A DNA stretch of 64,000 nt from Lama guanicoe (Eukaryota), in contig MU056050.1 in the NCBI GenBank assembly GCA_013239625.1, forward strand, positions 614,504 through 678,503. The letters are read 5' to 3'. The position numbers and the translations under genes were made by a program. Positions 53,215 through 64,000 of this stretch are shown here, one piece after another; the first letter of the stretch is position 1, and every line of letters begins with the position of its first letter. The notes beneath the pieces were generated by a model. The model did no database searches and had not been told where the DNA came from. It saw only the letters and a program-made list of their open reading frames with translations.

Positions 53215-54765
53215 CTGATACTGTTAATTCTTCTTTAAATATTTAGTGGAATTTACTAGTGAAGCCATCTGATCCTGGACTTTTGAGAGGTTTTTGATTA
53301 TTGGTTCAATTTCCTTATTACAGATCTATTCGTATTTTCTATTTCATCTTAATCAATTTAGTGGTCTGATAATTTATTGGCATAAAATTGTTCATAGTAT
53401 TCATTTATAACCCTTTTTATTTCGGCAAGGTTTTGGAATAATGTTGCCTCTTGTATTTCTGATTTTCATTATTTGGATTTCCTCACCTTTTTTTCAGTCA
53501 AGGTGAAAATCTGTCAATTTTCTTGATCTTTTCAATAAACATTTGGTTTAATGGATCCCCTCTTATTTTCCATTTTGTACTTCATTGATCTCTACTCTAA
53601 ACTTTATTTCTTTCTTTGGAATTTACTTTTCTTTTTAGGCATGAAATTAGGTTTTTGGTTTGAGCTGTATCTCTTGTTTTAAAGTATGAAGTTGGAGCTA
53701 TACTCTGAGCACTGCTTTCACTGCTTCCTGTAAGTTTTGGTATGCTGTGTTTTCATTTTCACTTATACCAAAGTATCTTCCAACCTCCCTTGTGGTTTTT
53801 TCTTTGACCTATTCGTTGTTTAAGAGTATGTTGTTGAATTTAAGAGTATGTCATTTTAATTTTCACATACTTGTGAATTTTCTGGTTTTTCTTCTGTTAC
53901 CGATTTCTAGACTCATTCTGGTCAGAGGAGATAGAAATCACACAAAACAGCTTTTAAAATTTATTGAGACTTGTTTTGTAGCCTAACACATGATCTGTCT
54001 GGAAGAATATTCCATGTGCACTTGAGAAGATATGTGTATTCTGCTGCTGTTGGAGTGTTCTGTAGATCTGTTAGGTGTATTTGGTTTATACTGTTGTTCG
54101 AGTTCTCTGTTTCCTTACTGATCTGTCTAGATGTTCTATCCGTTACTGAAAGTAGAGCATTGAAGTCTTCAACTATTATTGTAGAATTATTTCTCTCTTT
54201 GGTTCTGCCAATTATTTCTCTGTTCGATTCTATCAATGTATGTCAAGCTGTGGGACTTGACATATTTTGGGGCTCTCTTTTGCATATATGTCTATAATTA
54301 CTGTATCTTGATGAATTGACCCTTTTATCAATATACAATGCCAATATTTTGTCTCTTGGAACAATTTTTTAGTCTATTTTTTCTATTAGCATAGCCACTC
54401 AAGCTCTTTTGTTTACTGTATGTATGGAATTTTTTTTTTCATCCTTTTAGTTTCAACCTATTTGTGTCTTTGGATGTAAAGTGAGTCTGTTGTAGATAGC
54501 ATAGAAGTAAATCATTTTTTAAAATCCATACTGCCACTCTGTCTTTTAAAAGGTGAGTTTAACTCATTTACATTTAAACAAATTATTGATGAGGAAAGAG
54601 TTCTGCCATTTTGCTCTTTGTTTTCTATGTTACTTCTCATTTTTGTTCCTTAATCTTTCCAATACTGCCTTCTTGTACTCTTCCCATTGTACCACTTTGA
54701 GTCCCTCATTTCCTTTGCTGTGTTTTAGCTATTTTCTTACTAGTTACCCTTGGAATTGCAATTAG
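53215..54765 (-). mobile_element. Old L1M ORF2 endonuclease-region fragment, flanked by L2 pieces
   Basis: ORF 53961..54236 gives STIIVEDFNALLSVTDRTSRQISKE, the L1 endonuclease GDFN region. Confidence 0.8.
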
Positions 54766-56065
54766 ACCCTTGAGCACACAGATCTGGGGGAAGGTCAGGG
54801 ATGGAGAAATAAATTTGAGAATAATTGGTGTGTAGATGGTATTTAAAGCTGTGGGACTAGATGAAGTCTTTTAGGAAGAGAATATAGCCAGAGAAGAGGA
54901 GAAAATGCAGGAACAACTCCTGAGAACTTGAAAGGCTAACTTACTCATTGGTGGATAAGTTTATATTTATCCTTTAAGTTTCATGAACAGGTGACATAAC
55001 TGTTACTTGGATATCTTCATTGGATCTCATTGCTGAAGATGGGTGAGAGCTGCTTTCCTGTTTACCTGAATATCAGAACAGGATATAAGTCCCATTTTTT
55101 TCAGTACTGAGGTTCTCTTTCAGTTTTTCCTTTTTTTGTGCCTATTCCATTATTTACCAATTAATTTCAAAGACAGTTTGTTTTTCCAGAACTACCATTG
55201 ACCTTCATTTTCTCCCTGGATATTATCCCTCTCTAGAGGAAGTAACAAATCAGTGTTTGCATTTGATTCCTCAGATGAGGTTGATGAGGACCAAGACTTA
55301 TGCTAATGAGGTCAAGGGCATGCATGTAAACCACACACATGACGTATGTGAGCCACATATGTCTTGTTTGGCCACAACTTGCACTCCTGACTTAACCAGC
55401 ATTCTCTCAAAAGCATATCTTTAGTCACAAAAGTTGAAGGAGTGGAGATGGTTCTTACGCAGGAGCAACTCTGCGTTCACATCTTGTTGGGGGAAGGCCA
55501 GGACTGTTATCTTTATATCTGAATGATACTGCATTCCGGCCCTTAAAACATAGTTCTCTATAGGAGGCAGATGGGTTATGAATAACCATGCCATGCTTAC
55601 GCTGAAAATTTTAAGAATATGTAATAATAGAAGTTAATTGAACATAGTTTACCATTAGCTTTTTGGCTGATGTCTAATTCCTATTATTTACTGTATGCAG
55701 CCTGTTTCATCCTTGCCTCCCCCAGCTGCTTGTCACCTGAAAAACAGATCTCTCCTTGTTTGACTCGTAATATCTGAGAATTAGAGCACTGGCAGGTTGA
55801 TATTCTGAAATTCTCATTAGTAAAAGCAGAATCAGGAAGGTGGTGAGCAGTACCTGACAGTGGAGCAGAAGCACTTTCCAGCATCATTGCAATATGACTT
55901 GAGCAATGTGGATAACATGACCTCTAAAGTTTGAATGCGGCTCTTTGAGAAAACTTAGTTTTCCTCAGACTATTCTCCTCACTCTGCCTTCCATTTTTGC
56001 CTGATTTACAGAACCTGGAAGACATATTTGCTAAACTATAAAACTGAATTCTTAATCGCCTCACC

Positions 56066-56097
56066 ATGGCAACCCCATCATTGCCTAGACATATGCT
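56066..56097 (+). CDS. Candidate first coding exon of an unidentified plus-strand gene (exon 56012-56097; MATPSLPRHM..)
   Basis: Pyrimidine tract and ttacag| acceptor at 56011/56012, strong Kozak CTCACCATGG, in-frame upstream TGA, and donor CT|gtatgt, all in non-repetitive DNA. No homology recognised. Confidence 0.3.
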
Positions 56098-58620
56098 GTA
56101 TGTAGTCCTTTTTGAGAACCCAAGTGTCTGTTAAAGGAACCCAAGAAGTCTTCTGTGTGGGTTTTTAACAGCCTTCTTAGAGAAGTTTCCATGTACTCAT
56201 GGTGAGGAGGGCTTAGGCTCCTATTTTACTAAAGATAGAGTGGTGAGTGAGTGATGATACTTTTATCAGGGCTTCTTAGCCTGGGTTCCATTGATGGTCT
56301 GTAGGGAGTCTGTGGACCCCCATAAACGGCAACATTTTGATGTATATGTATATTTTTCTTCAGAGTAAAGAAAAGAGGATTCATAGCATTCATCAGATTT
56401 TTAGAAATTTGTGAAGCCTTTCTTGCACCATTGAGAGCCCCTGACTTAATTGACCTGTTAGGTAAATCCATGTTTTGCTGTATATAATTTTAAAAGTTCA
56501 TTAAAATACTGTGAAAATAAATGAGTCAAAATGGGATTTTTAAGGAAAAGAGAAGAATCCTCAATTAGCATTAAACCTCATAACTTGCTTGCTACTCTAT
56601 CACACTGGTAACTGATGACCGCCTCCCAACTGCTCTTAACTACTGGACCGTAAAATCAACCAGATCAAATGGCATATAGTGCCCATTGGAAAAGGGTGCT
56701 GCCCTCAGCTAAATGGTGGCTGGAGAGACTCACAGCCATTGGAGGATTGGTGTGGCAATGACCCTATACCAAATTATGAGGTAGGAATGAAAAATAGTAT
56801 TGCAGTGACTTACTGTCAGATACTGTGCTACATATTTTCATGAACTTAATTTTTACAACCATCTTGTGAGGTAAATTTTACGTCCTAATTCTATAAGCTC
56901 AGAACAGTGAGATGAATTGCTCAAGGTCTTACAGTCAGAGTGTCAGAGTTGCGACTGAATTCTCATTATTTCTGTCGTTGCCTGGGATCTTATGAGAACC
57001 CAGAATTTGGAGTAAGAAGAGCTTCCCAGGGAGTGTTTGAGCCAGATCCTGGGTTTTGAGCCTGAGAAGTAATGCACTCCCACACCTAAAAGAGAGTGGG
57101 CAGTCTGTGCTCTATGATGACTCAGTGGCTCCAGCAAGCACAAGTCCCTATTGCTGGGGAGGCCACTGTTCTGTCCTCCTGAGCAGCTCTAAGTCTTGAT
57201 TCTGTTTGCGTGTTCTCTAAATAACACTGGCATTAGCCCACACTGAAACCACCTCCTCAGGATTTTGAAGTGCTGTACAAACAGTTAAGAGAGAGCATTG
57301 TCTACAGCCATATGAAAGTACTGGAATTTGTCTGGTGAACAAAAAATTGTGCAGTCATGACAACTTTTACTCCCACAGCAAGCAGAACTTTTTCTTTGAG
57401 GAGGAAGCAAGCAAACACTCCATTTTCAGAATAGTGATGCTCTTTAAAGGGACAGTGCTAGCAGTTTAGCTCTTGATTTCCTTCTCTTTGTATTTAATGC
57501 CATCAGAGGGAAAAAGCAGATCCTGAAATCCACAGCTGGAATTACTCATTTGATGATTGAGTCAAGGATTAAAGAGCCTTTCTTCTTTTTCTTCCCAGTC
57601 CATAGCCAAACTTCTGTGGGGAGTTGAAGATGACAATTATAGCTGGGGAAAGTGTTCTACCCTCTTTATATTTCTTCCCCCTAGGGAGGAAACTGTGTCA
57701 AGGGAAAAACCTAATTACAATTTCCTTTCCATTTTTGGAATACAAAGGGATAGATTTCTCCCTAATTTATCTGTGGAGACACACATGTATAAAAGAGGAA
57801 GTAAATGAGTGAGCAAGCAATGTTTCCAAATTAGGGGATTTAATCAGGAAACCACCAGATGTTGCTCATTTTCCCTTAATGAAGATGTGCAACTTTAAGA
57901 ATAAAGCACACTGACTTTGGCCTACTTTCTTGAAAACAATAGTCATAATTTATTAGCCTCCGCTGTTACGGAGAGAAGAGTGTTTGGATTTCTCATAATT
58001 TGAACTCATGTCTGTCTGACTGCAGAACCCAGTGAGTCTGGATTGAAGATCCAGTGTTGGAAGGAATTGAGTAAGTATGAATAGTGAGGGTAGATCACTG
58101 TGTAATAATTCAACCTACATGTGTTAAATTTCATCCCTTTCCTTCTAATCATGCTGTGACCTTTTCCATTTTTGAGGTATTGGATTAGAAAGAGTGCCAA
58201 GAAGATACTATTTTTAAATTTTCTTATCAAAGCAATATGTACTCAGTTTAAAAAGTCAACTGCTAGTACTATAAGGCACATATATAAAAGCAGCAGCCCT
58301 CCCACCTGCCCTCATCACTCCTAATTCCTGTTCTCCAGAGTTACTTCTTCTGTTATGTTATTTTAAAATATGAAGGTAATATTTTATTAGTTTTTTCTGA
58401 TTTTTAACTTTTAGCATTATCTGTTGATTTCACACTAATTAACATGAAGATTTAATAATGAAGATTTTGTTACCAAAATCTCCCTGCTCTCGCTCACGCT
58501 CCCTCACACACATGTGCTGCTTTTCCTACTAACCCAATATATGGATAAATCAATATTTAATATTTACAGCTATATAAATACTGTGCACAGCCAGCTGAAC
58601 TATGTAGTATATTTTCTTTC

Positions 58621-58953
58621 TGCTATGGTCTGAATGTTTCTGTCTCCCTAAAATTCATATGTTGAAACCCTAACCCCCAAAGGTATTAGTAGGCAGGGGG
58701 TCTTTGGGAGGTGATAACATTGTGAGGGTGGAGCCTTCATGAATGGAATTAGTGCTCTTATAAAAGATTCCACAGCTCTCTAGCCCCTTCTGTCATGTAA
58801 GGATACATCAAGAAGTCTGCAGTGCAGAAGAGAACACTCACCTGACACGCTGGCACCATGATCTTGGACTTGTAGCCTCTAGAACTGTGAGAAATTTTTG
58901 TGGTTTAAAAGTTACCAAGTTTGTGGTATTTTGTTATATCCTGAATGGACCAG
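58621..58953 (+). mobile_element. MLT1A-type MaLR LTR
   Basis: tgctatggtctgaatgtttctgtctccctaaaattcatatgttgaaaccc..gcctctagaactgtgagaaat. Confidence 0.85.
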
Positions 58954-59449
58954 GGTATTTCCTTACAAATTCTGTTTTTCTTTGGAATTAAAAATGGGCT
59001 CACATTTGGTTTAGTTTTCTATGTAACTGTCATAATCCCACTAGAGTTGTAAGCTTTTCTTAATACCGGAAGGCACAGGAATTTGTCATTTTTTTTTTTT
59101 CCTGGGAGACAACCCTCCTGAAGTTCCCCATCATGCCAGTTCAGTCTGGGCTGGTTGCTCTTTAGTTCTGCTGGGTAGCTGTTATCCTGGAGCTTCCCTT
59201 CACCATCTTAAAAGCTTGATTTCTGTACTGGTTCTCTGTTTCTGGATCCCATGGTGGCATCTTTTTTTGGTTTCTCCCTTCTGGTGGAGCTCATCCTTTA
59301 TTTTTTGAAACCTTACATGTCTCTAATGTCTTTAGTCTATCTTCGTATTTGATTCATATAAAGTATAGCATTCAAGGTCAAAAACCACTTTCCCTCAGAA
59401 TTTCGAAGGCATTCATCCTCGTTAGCCTTTTTTCCTCCTGTTAGCTATT

Positions 59450-61082
59450 TTTGTTTTTTTAAATTGAAGTACAGTTAATTTACAGTGTTATGTTTCAGGT
59501 GTACAGCATAGTGATTCAGTTATACATATATACATTCCTTTTCATGCTTTTTCATTATAGGCTACTACAAGCTATAGAATGCAGTTCCCTGTGCTGTACG
59601 GTAGGACCTTGATGTTTATCTATTTTATACATAGTAGTTAGTATCTGCAAATCCCAAACTCCCATTTTATCCTTCCCCACCCTCCTTTCCCCCTGATCAC
59701 CATAGATTTGTTTCCTATGTCTGTGAGTCTCTTTCTGTTTTTATATATAATTTGTGCCTTTTTCTTTTTGTTTTTTGATTCCACATTTAGGTGATAACAT
59801 ACGGTATTTTTCTCTTTCTGGCTTACTTCACTTAGTATGGTAATCTCTGTGTCCATTCATGTTGCTACAAATGGCATTATATTCTTTGTTATGGCTGAGT
59901 AGTATTCCATTGGATAAATATATCACAACTTCATCCAGTCATCTGTCGATGGGCAGCTGGGTTGTTTCCATGTCTTGGCTATTGTAAATAGTGCTGCTAT
60001 GAACATTGGGATCCATGTATCTTTTTGTATTAGAGTTCCCTCCAGATATATGCCCAGGAATGGGATTGCTGGATCATAGTGTAAATCTATTTTTAATTTT
60101 TTGAGCAATCTCCATACAGTTTTCCATAATGGCTGCACCATACTACATTCCCAGCAGTGCAGGAGGGTTCCCTTTTCTCCACACCCTCTCCAGCATTTAT
60201 CATTTGTGTACTTGTTAATGATGGCCATTCTGACCAGTGTGAGATGATACCTCATTGTAGTTTTGATTTGCATTTCTCTAACAATTAGTGATATTAAGCA
60301 TGTTTTCATGTGCCTATTGGCTGTTTGTATATCTTCACTGGAGAATTGTTTGTTTAGGTCTTCTGCCCATTGTTTTAATTGGGTTGCTTTTTTTGTTAAT
60401 GGGTTGTATGAGCTGTTTGTATATTCTGGAAATTAAGCCCTTGTTAGTTGCATCATTTGTTAGTATCTTCTCTCATTCTGTAGGTTCTTTTCATTTTGTT
60501 TGTAGTTTCCTTTGATGTGCAAAAGCTTATAAGTTTGATTAGGTCCCATGTGAAATTGTTTGCTTTTATTGCTGTGGCCTTGGTAGACTGCCCTAGGAGA
60601 ACATTGCCACAATTTATATCAGAGTGTTTTGCCTATATTCTCCTCTAGGAGGCTTGTCTTACATTTAAGTCTTTAAGCCATGTTGAGTTTATTTTTACGT
60701 ATGGTGTGAAGGAGTATTCTAATTTCATTGATTTACATGTTGCTGTCCAGTTTCCCCACTACCACTTGCTGAAGAAACTGTTTTCTCCATTGTATATTCT
60801 TGCCTCCTTTGTCAAAGATTAATTGGCCCCAGGTGTGTGGGTTTATTTCTAGGCTCTCTATTCTGTTCCATTGATCTATATGTCTGTTTTTGTGCCAGTA
60901 CCATGCTGTTTTGATTACTGTAGCTTTGTAGTATTGTTTGAAGCCTGGGAGGGTTATATCTCTAGCTTGGTTTTTTTCTTCAGTATTGCTTTGGCAATTC
61001 TGGGTCTCTTGTGGTTCCATATAAATTTTAGGATAATTTGTTCTAGTTCCATGAGAAATGTCCTGAGTAATTTGATAGGGAT
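59450..61082 (-). mobile_element. Relatively young 5'-truncated L1 (ORF2 C-terminus plus 3' UTR)
   Basis: ORF 59923..60309 ([23 protein letters not shown]) and ORF 60733..61020 ([26 protein letters not shown]). Confidence 0.92.
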
Positions 61083-62299
61083 CATGTCCTCTTTTACCTT
61101 CTAATGTTGCTCTTGTTGTTGAGAAGCTTCATGTTATTCTCTTCCATAATCCATTATATGTTTACATTCTTTCTCCCTGAAAGCTTTTAAAATGTGCTCT
61201 CCATTCTGGGTGTTCCAAAATTTCATGATGATGTGCTTTGTATGTTGTGTTAATGATTGTGCTGGGCCTTTTAAAACTGAATACATGACCCTTAAATATA
61301 GAAATTTTCTTAAGTTATTTCTTTGATTTCCTACTCTTTATTTCACCTCTTCCCTGAAAGCACTATTAGTTGCATGTCCTGGATTGATCCCATATTTTAT
61401 TATTTCTCTTCTACTGTCTATCTCTTAGTCCTCGTTTTCTAAGTTTTAGGAAATTATTTTCATCTTTCTTGCAGTCCGTAGCTTATTTTAAAATTTTATG
61501 TCATATAAATAAGAGTGTGTGTATATATATATATACATATTTATATGTATCCATATGTTTGTGTATACATATATTTCATTTCTAAGACCTCTTTATTCTG
61601 AGTTTTTCTTTTCTTATAGCACCCTTTTCCTTGTTTCATGGATTAAATATCTTAGCTCTCTAAAGATACTATAGTTCTAAAAGTTTCTGCTTTCTGTATT
61701 AACTATTTCCTACAAAGTTTTTTGTTTGCTTGTTTTGATATTTGAGGACAGCCTCTAACATAAAATGTATAGTGGTTTGCCACTATATATTCATATTTAA
61801 GAATTAGATATTTAAAGCTAATTGGGAAGAAGTTCTAACCATGATGGGATATCTGATACAGACTTGCTTTCCTGCCATAAACAACCAGAAAATTGTACAA
61901 AACTTATGAAACAACTGTTTTTCAGACTTTGGACTAGAGGCAGTACAGGACTGTCAGTGGTACAGGGCTGTCATCCCTGAGAGATGGGAAACAAACCAGC
62001 TGATCTCTATGATATTCTCGGCTTTCTGCCTTAGAGGTACAGACCTCAGTGCAGGAAGAGGGTACCCAAGCAAAGAAATGGAAGTCTCACTGAGTTGAGG
62101 AGCTAGAGATTTTAGTTTGGGGAGTCTGAGGTAGCTAGAGTTTGTTGTGCAGGGTACCTTGAAATTGACCATGGTTGGAGAATTTCCACCTTGGCAATCA
62201 GCAAACACTATCAATCAGGGTTTTTTGTTTGTACTCATATTCCCAAAGTGCCTTTTGGTAAGCATCTATCAGCATGCTGCTGGTAGTATCCCTTGTCCT

Positions 62300-63040
62300 T
62301 AAGTATACTGTGACTTAGAGAAATGGAGAACAGAGGGTCCAGAAATAGACCTACATATATATGTTCAGTCAATTTTTAACAAAATTGCGAAGGTAATTGA
62401 CTGGAGAGAGGGTAGCCATTGTAGCAAGCGATAGCAGAACAACTGGATAACCAATGGAAAAAAAAAATGTTGGCTATTACCTCATGTCAACACAAAACCT
62501 ACTTTAAATTACTTATAGAACTAACTTTAAATTGCTTATAGAACTAAACATAAAGAAACTAAAACTGTAACATTTCTAAAAGAATCTATGGGAGGAAATG
62601 TTTTCAGCCTTGCACTGAAACATAGAAGGGAATAAAAAAAAGAAACCTGTTCAAGAAGAAAACTGGAAGGCAAGTCATGGGCAGGAAGAAAATATTCACA
62701 TTGTATACCTCTGATAAAGGACTTTTATCCATAGTATATGAAGGACTTTTACATCTTAACAATAAGGCAAACAACACAATATGAGAAAGAAGATTTAGAC
62801 ACTTCACAGAAGAAGATAGAAATATCCAATAAGTGTATTAAAAGATGTTTAACATCATTATTCAACAGAAAGTTGTAAATCAAATACACCATGAGATACC
62901 ACTCTATACCCACCAGAATGGCTAAAATTAAAGTTACTGACAGTCCCAAGTTTTGGGATGGATGTGGAACAACAGGGACTCATACATTGCTGGTGGTTGT
63001 GTAAAGTTGTACAGCTACTTGGGGAAGTAGTTGGGTAGTT
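62300..63040 (+). mobile_element. Old L1M ORF2 3' fragment
   Basis: aacagagggtccagaaatagacctacatatatatg..caccatgagataccactctatacccaccagaatggctaaaatt. Confidence 0.75.
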
Positions 63041-64000
63041 TATTGATTTTTATTTTTATTAAGGTCAGTGTTGTGTATTGGTTTGATTTCAAATTCACTT
63101 TTTGATGACTTAAGTTGTTTTAATCCACTTGTTTATTACAAATTAAAACATTATTTTTAGAAATAAAGTTGTTTTGATATAAGAATGAAGAAGTAAGCTG
63201 TGTCAGGATGTCATCATTTCATCTGTTGTCATAGGTAAGCACTTAGTAGCTTGGCTGCGGAGGGCCTCCTCTGGAGGCTTATTGGTAAGAACATGAGGAG
63301 AAGCAACTGTGGCAAGGGGACATTGAGAGTATAAATACTGAGAGTTTGTGCGGAATATCCGAGAGTTTCAGTCTGGGTAAAAGCTACCCTTCGCTAATTT
63401 AGATAGCTCTTTGAAGACCTTGGGGCATTAACTCCTGCCTTGGTAAAGGCAGTGGTCCCAGCAGCAGCCAGAGATCAGCCTGACCATAGGCATAAGCACT
63501 ATTGTTCTCTAGCAATGTGTTCTAGCAACAAGGGACTTATTTTTCGCTGACATCTGGGAGTCAGCTCTTGGTTGGCAAAGCCTTCTATTGTGAGAGACCA
63601 AAACTCATAGAAAAGGTACACCGCAACTAAATTTGGACTTTATTCATCTCTCCTTGCTTAGTATAATAGGATAATTATTCTATCATATGTTTGGAGGGTA
63701 TTATTTCTTTATTGGCTTATTAGGAAACATCCTGTATTCTCTTGGCTAGTGAAATTATAATTCCCACAGTGAGTCTGTGTTAAATTGCTGGCAAAGGCAA
63801 ACAGTCTCTGAGCTTAATTTGCACCCAAACAAAATAGTCAAAATACTCCTACTATATTACCCAGCATTTTGGACTTTTAAATACTTGTATATTTAAAATA
63901 AAATGAAACAAATAAAATGAAACCTATGTCTACAAAATAACTTACACATGAATGTTCATAGCAGCTTTATTATAGTCCCAAAACAGAAATCAACCAAAAT

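Noticed and set aside
59923..61020. Protein-coding ORFs here and at 8540-8935, 25530-25817 and 48093-48344
   Set aside because: Fragments of disrupted L1 ORF2.

Overview
Mammalian genomic DNA, most likely from a camelid: it carries a tRNA-derived camelid-type SINE and cetartiodactyl-type L1 3' ends. An X-chromosome location is inferred from gene content only. There are two gene-like elements, both on the minus strand. (1) An intact, spliced, CpG-island cancer/testis antigen 47 (CT47)-family gene: ATG at 6472, exon 1 to 5800, exon 2 at 4979-4841, probable last exon from 3857, about 276 aa. (2) A decayed, intronless, highly divergent NAP1L1/NAP1L4-type retrogene at 16528-14485 that the ORF track misses. 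It has a lengthened N-terminus and is split by a solo ERV1 LTR with a 4-bp target-site duplication (TSD); a sister solo LTR lies about 2.9 kb away. The remaining ~45 kb is dense in transposons (nested L1s, L2, MIR, MER5/MER58, Tigger-derived elements, MaLR/ERV LTRs). Those L1s are strongly minus-oriented, and one candidate plus-strand coding-start exon sits at 56012-56097. I found no convincing evidence of a wholly new biological system. The best leads are the NAP1L retrogene, the divergent CT47 gene and a possible plus-strand host gene. All family assignments come from recalled sequences, not searches, and repeat boundaries are approximate unless TSDs or terminal inverted repeats (TIRs) are quoted.
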